Assembly: GCA_951406725.2 (NCBI GenBank)
Contig: OX597826.1
Span: 36,766,001-36,830,000, forward strand
Origin: Octopus vulgaris
Taxonomy: Eukaryota
DNA: 64,000 nucleotides
Reading direction: 5' to 3'
Shown: piece by piece, positions 56,720 to 64,000 of the stretch
Position numbering within the stretch: position 1 is the first letter of the stretch
Layout: every line of letters begins with the position of its first letter
Program-made: the position numbers and the translations under genes
Notes under the pieces: model-generated
What the model was told of the DNA's origin: nothing
Databases searched by the model: none
Seen by the model: the letters and a program-made list of their open reading frames with translations, nothing else

Positions 56720-56748
56720 GAGGTGGTGGTAGGTTGACAGTAAAATGT
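56633..56748. repeat. Perfect 116-nt palindrome: 30-nt unique arms around (TA)28
   Basis: ACATTTTACTGTCAACCTACCACCACCTCG, then (TA)n, then CGAGGTGGTGGTAGGTTGACAGTAAAATGT. It extends imperfectly to about 56622-56761. Confidence 0.95.
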
Positions 56749-56755
56749 GTAGGGA

Positions 56756-56793
<38 letters not shown>

Positions 56794-57300
56794 AGTGTCT
56801 CTGTGCGGTCACAAGTCATGTATATCCCATACGGTACATCATAATTAGACTTAGCGAGATATTTTCCGTCAAAGTGCTCAACAAATTTTCATACATATAT
56901 ATTACATTGGGCCACAACGTAAAAGCAATAACTTAATGCAGTAAAGCAATAAAGAGAAAGGCTTAAATACTTGATATCTGATATAAAGAAAAATTGTTTT
57001 GATCATACTTAGTGTGAGTAGAAAGTCTTCAAGTGTAGTTAGAAATCTAACCGTCGCCAGGTCGGGTAAAAGCATTGGAATCCATCTGTGACTAGCAGCA
57101 TAAGGTTAGTAGTCACGTGGGATTAGTTATAAATCTATCGCGGTTTGGTGAAGTTGTGGAAACCTGACACTTTCGATCCATTCCGATGAAATATACGTTC
57201 CAGGAAGGCTACCTAAAAAGGCCCAAAATGGAATCTACAATTTCTGTATGTATTTTTGTATGTATATAGATACATACATATATATATATATATATATATG

Positions 57301-57354
<54 letters not shown>

Positions 57355-58343
57355 CATGTATATATGTATGCATATATATATATATATATATGTGTATATA
57401 TGTATGTATATTTGAATCACCGTAAGGTAGAAAGTGGTACATACATACATACATACATACATACATACATACATACATACATACAGAAACGTACAGCAGT
57501 ATGCATGTCTTTACATTAAAACCTACTTTCTATTTTTTGTGTCTTTCAAAAACCGATAGAATAAACAGTAGATAAAGACTGCAACCAACGAAATCGATTT
57601 TAAATTATATATATAAAAAAAATAATAATAGATAAACTTACTCTTCAAGGTTTTGCTCCAGCATGGTCACAGTCCAATGAATGAAGCCAGAAAAAGAATA
57701 AAAGAAGGCTGGAAAGCAAAATAATTTGATTGATAGTTACTGACCGTAACCATAGAAAGTGTCGCCTGAATCGTTGTTGCACAGAGCAAGTTGTTTAGTC
57801 AATGGGATATCAGGTTAACATTTAGTGAATTAAAAGATAAATGTGAAATGGACCTTAACGGATATACAATGTTGTTTGAAATGGGAAGCAGTGAAGTGTA
57901 ATAAATGGTTTATCATTTCAAAATGTCACTTAAATGTAAACTTTAGTAATCTGTCCATAACATTGTGTAGATATTGTGACAGAGGAAGACAGGCGATTGT
58001 CAATCGTGTGTTGTCGATCTTGTAAAACCATTCTCTATACTTTTAGCTCATTGCTAAATCTGCCATTTCCTAGTGACACATAGACGGGCATCAATGGATC
58101 GTTCTTTCATATTCTTTTTTCTTATTTTTTTGCTTCTTCTATTTGTAATTATTTTATTTTTTGTATTTTAAAAATATGCTTCATGCATGAATATATGCTT
58201 GCACACACACATACACACACACAAACACCCAACCGCGCACACACATACACAGTGACATCTATAGGAGTATGCACACAAATAAAAGCACATACATGCATAC
58301 ACTCCTACCCGTATGTATATATATATTGTCATAATATTAGACG

Positions 58344-58385
<42 letters not shown>

Positions 58386-58421
58386 TCATACATACATATA
58401 TATATACATACATACATATAC

Positions 58422-58452
<31 letters not shown>

Positions 58453-58595
58453 TATATTTATGCATTTATACCTATAAATGTATATGTATGTACACACACA
58501 TACACGTATATGTATACATATATATATGCATGTATGTATAGATATACATATACATTCATGTATATATGTATGTATATAATATATATATATATTTT

Positions 58596-58670
58596 ATTTA
58601 TTATATAGAAGGAGCTTCTACAGGACTAGAACTGTTCTAGTCCTGTAGAAGCTCCTTCTATATAATAAAT
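58596..58670. repeat. Perfect palindrome, 37-bp arms with 1-nt spacer
   Basis: ATTTATTATATAGAAGGAGCTTCTACAGGACTAGAAC, then T, then the exact reverse complement. Confidence 0.95.
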
Positions 58671-58736
58671 TAATTTTACTCTGCTATGTATTGAGTACCT
58701 TATTTACTGTGGTTAACCCCGAATCAACCCGGGACC

Positions 58737-58788
<52 letters not shown>

Positions 58789-58789
58789 C

Positions 58790-60390
58790 ATACTTTGATA
58801 CTTTGATACTTTGATAGGTTTCGGCCATTATTGGCCCAGGCCATGTCCAACTTAATAGCACCACCTGGTGAAGTCTTTCAAGTCAGAATTTGGGCACTAT
58901 GGCCCACTCAAGTAGAGAGTTATTGTTTGCAGAGACATATCAGGGTGTAGGGGGTTTATCCGGGATTTCTTGAAGGAATCTGTCCAAAGACTTCTTGAAC
59001 CCTATAGGGTCAGTTTCTGTTTTAATGTGTTTTGGTGTAATGTTAAAGAGAGCGGGGCCAATTGAGGTGAAATAATTGTGCCGTGTTGTTGTTATGAGAT
59101 GAGAGTGCGATTTTTGTTTTGGGCGGATGGCACGGGGCCCAAGCCTTGGATGTACCTTAAAGGTGATGCCAACATCATTTGGGCAATGCTGATGGAATAT
59201 TTTCCACATCATGCAGATGATGTAGCGCTCACGACGACGTTGGAGAGAATAAAGTTTTAGCTTTTCTAGTCGACCCCAATAGTCGAGGCCTGTCATGCCA
59301 TCTATCTTTTTTGTGATTGCCCTTTGAGGTGCTTCAACTTTTATGATACCTTGTATTGTGTGGGGAGACCACAGTGGACAACAGTATTCAAGGTGGAGTC
59401 GGGCAAAAGTGGAGAAGAGAAGGATAATGGTGTGGATATCTCTCAACTGGAAAGTTCTGAGAATCCAGGAACACATTCTGCGGGCCATGTCAACTTTGGT
59501 GTTTATATGAGTGGCCCAGCTTATGTTGTTGTCCACAATTACTCCCAAGTCTCTGATGTTGTTGGACGCCACGAGAGTTTCACCTGAAGGAAGGGAGTAT
59601 GGGAGTTTCAGGGCATCCTCTTTTCCAAAGTGGATTAACTCAAATTTATCCTCGTTCAGCAGCATATTGTTTTTTTCTGCCCATTGGATAACAGCCAGTA
59701 GATCTGACTGAAGGCATGTCCGGTCACTCGCCTCATTTATGACCTTCTGTAGCTTGGAATCATCTGCAAAAATTTTTATGTTGCTGTGCTTGATGATGTC
59801 ATTAATGTCATTAATGTAAATGATGAAAAGAAGTGGGCCCAGCACAGTGCCTTGCGGAACGCCACTACTGACTTTGGCTGGGCTTGATTTTACCCCTTCA
59901 ACTACAACATGTTGAGATCTGTCTGTCAGGAAACACTTGATCCATTTCAGTAACTTTCCAGAGACACCAATGTTGGATAGTTTTTTCAATAGGATCTTGT
60001 GATCGACCCTGTCGAAGGCCTTACTGAAATCAAGGTAGATGACATCGGTGTTGGAGCCCTCTCCCAAAGCTCTCAAAATGTCATCAAAGTGATGCAGGAG
60101 CTGCGTCAGGCAGTCCCTTCCATTACGGAACCCATGTTGGTTGGAGATCAGCCGTCTGTTGCTTTCCAGAAATTGGGTTATTCGAGATCTCACCACCCTC
60201 TCAAATACCTTGATGATATGAGAGGTGAGTGAGATCGGACGGTAGTTCACTGCAAGGGACTTGTTTCTCTTTTTGAAAACTGGGACAACAGACTGGGACA
60301 GAAGGTTTTTTGGAATATAGCCAGCATCCAGTGAGTTTCTCCACAGATTAGCAAGGGGAGATGCAAGTTGGGCAAGGGGAGATGCAAGTA
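58790..60390 (-). mobile_element. CR1/L2-group LINE copy with 3' stem-loop and (ATCAAAGT)3 tail, embedded between TA-rich microsatellites
   Basis: The minus-strand 3' end reads GGCCA-ATAA-TGGCC-GAAACCT-(ATCAAAGT)x3. A stem-loop plus short tandem-repeat tail is typical of CR1/L2 elements. Confidence 0.9.
58940..60390 (-). pseudogene. Reverse transcriptase and C-terminal part of ORF2 of a 5'-truncated CR1/L2-group non-LTR retrotransposon
   Basis: The ORF contains NYRPISLTS, QHGFR, YLDFSKAFD, GVPQGTVLGPLLF, IFADD, RDLGV, LEYC..LWSP and RL..LKLYSLQRRRERY motifs. There are no frameshifts over about 480 codons. The N-terminal MPVHIY... is microsatellite read-through, and the endonuclease domain is missing. 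Confidence 0.95.
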
Positions 60391-60508
60391 TACATGTATA
60401 TATATGTATATATACATGTATATATATGTATAGGTATACGTAGATATGTACAGGCATATATATATAGTTAAATAAGTGTGTATATACATATGATATATAT
60501 ATATATAT

Positions 60509-60539
<31 letters not shown>

Positions 60540-60767
60540 TTGTGTTAAATAAAATGAGATAAAAAAGGCCAAGGCAGTATGATATTTCTAGGACATTTAT
60601 GAAGAGAAAGGTAGTTTTACTACCAGGGATAGAATAGATATTCCATCATCAGAGACAGATTGAGAGAGTTTCAATAGAACGAAATAGTAGAATTCATTAT
60701 ATAAGACTTTATTAGGGAGAGCTACAGGAAGTATAAATGGAAATATGGGTCTTCTGAATACCAAAAC

Positions 60768-60856
<89 letters not shown>

Positions 60857-61459
60857 TCAACAATATTTATGTATGTATACTTACACACGGATAATATACA
60901 CATACGCTCATAAACACACGCAAACACACTTTCATATGCACATGCGCACACTGATGATACGCTAATGAGCAAAGTAGTCTCAGTGATGCAGTGACATTAC
61001 CAAACCTTCAGTGCATCTCTCTACACCTGCACATCTAAAATGTCCACCGGAATATTAACCAACGCCATCGACACGACCATCGACAGATGTAGCAGACGTG
61101 TCGTTCATATCTGGTCTATTTTATCACAAAACACCGCGATTCTCTTCAAATGCTTTCTAAAATAGACAATTAGTTCCTTTATTCCATACCATGCATATTA
61201 GATATGTTGCTGATTTTCCTGTTCACATACGGTGTCGATTCATATTCTGTCGTCTCTTAATCAGATGAAGTGGAAATCAATAGGGAATTCATGCGGTGAT
61301 GTTGTTAAGGGAGAAAAATAGGGAGTCCTTTATAATCTGGTAATTCTTCTCACATAATACAGTGGTTTTAGGAACAAATCGAATTAGCTGCCCGATCAAA
61401 TTTATATTTACACCTCTTTCAAACACTAAAATGATTAAAGCACCGATACCTCGTCCCGC

Positions 61460-61464
61460 ACCAG

Positions 61465-61496
<32 letters not shown>

Positions 61497-61684
61497 TCAT
61501 GAGCGCTGCTATTATAATTAATATTAACGTTAGTAGCAACAGAATAACCATCATCTCTATCACATTGTCACACACCCCTTCTCCCACATTACACTCCCCA
61601 CCTCTAACAGTGTTATCAACATCACGATCGTTGTTATTATCGTGATTGCAATTATTACCTTTACAACCCATTGCTACCCTTATC

Positions 61685-61750
<66 letters not shown>

Positions 61751-61902
61751 GGTGTTATCTCCACCAACACCGCTGCTTTTTTCTTCTAAAAACAAAAGCC
61801 CCATCATCACTAATAAACGGTCCCACCACCACCACCACCACCGCCACCACTCCATTCCTCAACACCATCCTCATCATCACCACCCTCATCACCACCATCA
61901 CC
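61460..61902. repeat. (CAC)n/(CAT)n low-complexity tract
   Basis: Seen directly. Confidence 0.9.
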
Positions 61903-63594
61903 AGTATTAACACATTGATGCAATTTAATTTTAACTACATTAACAATTTCGTTAATTATTTTGAAATTACTTTGTTCAAATATTTACATCACGAATGTTT
62001 TACTGGAATAGTATGTTTCTCACCAGATATCACTTTAATGCTGGTGCCGTTGAGAACCATTATTTTCTGTCCATAATTGCTAGACAATTTCATTAGTTTC
62101 TCTTAGCTATTCTGTTTGATCATCACACACAAGGTTTTTAAGGGTGTAAATTGATATTAAAGGCAAGTTTTTCAACAAGGTATCACTTCGTTTTTAATTG
62201 CCTATTTTTGTATATGCTTCTGTTTGTCCTTATTCCATCAAGCATTAATTCAAAGCATAATTTCTCTATTGGCTTAATAATGCTGTCCTTCTATAAATGA
62301 TAGGATATATTAAATATTGTTTCAGCTTTAGTGACAAGTTCTATAGAGCAAGAATTAATATTTAAAACGTGTAGGAGATTACGAAAATTTTCATGAAAGT
62401 GGCAAATTATCTAATTCGATAAAATGTTGGTCTTGTAACACTAAAAGAGTTTTGTTTGTCGATTTTATAGGTTACAAGAAGTAGATTAATCGATGAGTAG
62501 TTCGCATCCTGCTTCCGGAATTCCAGCAAATTAACCATTACTTCACAAACTTTTATCTCTTCTATTCATTCTGGTAAATGAATTATCTTTCGCAGCAATA
62601 CTTTTAATACACTAGAAATCCTTAATTTAGTCACGTATAATGTTACCAACCTGTTATTATTATCAAAAATAGAAAATCCCAAACTCTTTATTTCTCTAAT
62701 GTTAACGACCAGTTATTGTTATCGAAAACTCTGTATCAAAGCGATCATAATAAGCGGCTTCCACTGCATCTATCTAAAATCAACTTACTGCTTCTGCATT
62801 ATATTGTTAGTCAATCTAGTAGATGTGTCTAATAAATTTAGTTTCAAACCAATTATTGTAGAATTTGGCCGAGAGAAATCTTCAGATGCTGTCTAGATTT
62901 AGATGATTCAAATCTAGACCACGTCATCCTTATGCCCATCGGTCTGCCAGTGATGGCTGGTTATCATTTCTTGCTTTCCCTCTCAACTCCTCTCGCTTGT
63001 CTTCAATGGCAAGCGGCTATCTTCATCTCACTTTCTGTCAATTCCAGAATTAGCATCTTTCTAACACGCTGCACTGGTCATTTTCTGCTGCCAAATTTTC
63101 TTGGGACTAATATCCTTCACTTCTGTTTTCGACAACTATCGTACCGTGTCAGTCATGACTCTACATTACAGCATTACAAACCATGAACATTTTCACATTT
63201 TATCAAACATTGCAATCGTAAAATACTTTCTCCGTGACACTTTCACAATGTATTACTATTCAGATAACGACCGATAGACCGGGAACCATAACTTAAGAAA
63301 CACATATTACTATAGTATAAGAAAAACCTGTTTCTGTAAGATAGCCTCTGCTTTGGACGCAAGTAAGGCTGCTTCCAAATGATTAAATGGTCACCGATTT
63401 GATCCTCCTACGTCATAGTTGGGCAAATGCCCTAAGGAATAGACTTGAGCCGATTACTGTCAGTGAAATCGAGTGGCTAACGATTGTGCGGAGGCATGTG
63501 TACGTGTAAGTCAGGCCTTGTCACACTGTTATACTGATCCTTGCTGAAGTGTAGAAGTAGCTGTAGAATACGCAGCCAATTGTACTCTAATAAA

Positions 63595-63795
63595 ATATAA
63601 TAGTTTCGAAGTTTGGCAGAGGACCAGCAATAATGGGAGAGGGGTAAGTCGATTACAGCGACCCCATTGTTCAACTAGTACTTATTTTCTCGATCCAGAA
63701 AGGCAAAGTCGACCTCGGCGGAATTTGAACTCTGAACGTGAAGAAGAACGAAAGGCAGCTATGCATTTTGCCAGTCGATTCTGCCAGTTCGCATC
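63595..63795 (-). mobile_element. SINE family B
   Basis: GAAAGGCAAAGTCGACCTCGGCGGAATTTGAACTC is nearly identical to 39289-39322. Confidence 0.8.
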
Positions 63796-64000
63796 CTTAT
63801 ATATTATATTATGTTATAATATAATATAATATAATATAACATAACTTAACATAATACAATATAATAAAATATAATATAATATAATAATACGCAATATATA
63901 TGATATAAAATATATACACATTAATGGCGGTGCCCCCAAGCATGGCCACAGCTCGTGAGCTGAAACTAGATAAAAATGAAAATGATATATTATATATCAT

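Noticed and set aside
59078-60232. Plus-strand ORFs overlapping the RT
   Set aside because: Antisense shadows of the LINE ORF.
60605-60660. Minus-strand CTGATGA plus hairpin in an insert between microsatellites
   Set aside because: No GAAA or stem III follows. It may be a decayed relative but cannot be supported.

Overview
AT-rich, microsatellite-dense eukaryotic DNA, probably intergenic or deep intronic. The repeat repertoire resembles octopus/coleoid cephalopod DNA (recalled similarity, not a search result). No host protein-coding gene is recognisable; nearly all listed ORFs are translations of simple repeats. Real content: three tRNA-headed SINE families (A, B, C; about 25 copies or fragments), a young 5'-truncated CR1/L2-group LINE with a long RT frame (58940-60390, minus), an RTE-clade LINE 3' end, a fossil DD37D/maT-type Tc1/mariner transposon with TIRs, two MITEs nested inside SINEs, and a non-autonomous Helitron. 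The most notable signal is a set of short non-coding elements that end on (TA)n/(TG)n microsatellites, are often arranged as inverted pairs or palindromes, and carry minimal type-I hammerhead ribozyme motifs. The best motifs are at 11745-11779 and 19934-19986, and the copy at 19233-19271 shows a compensatory base-pair change. These look like a Penelope-like/retrozyme-type self-cleaving retroelement system. SINE and fossil boundaries are approximate (about 10-20 nt).
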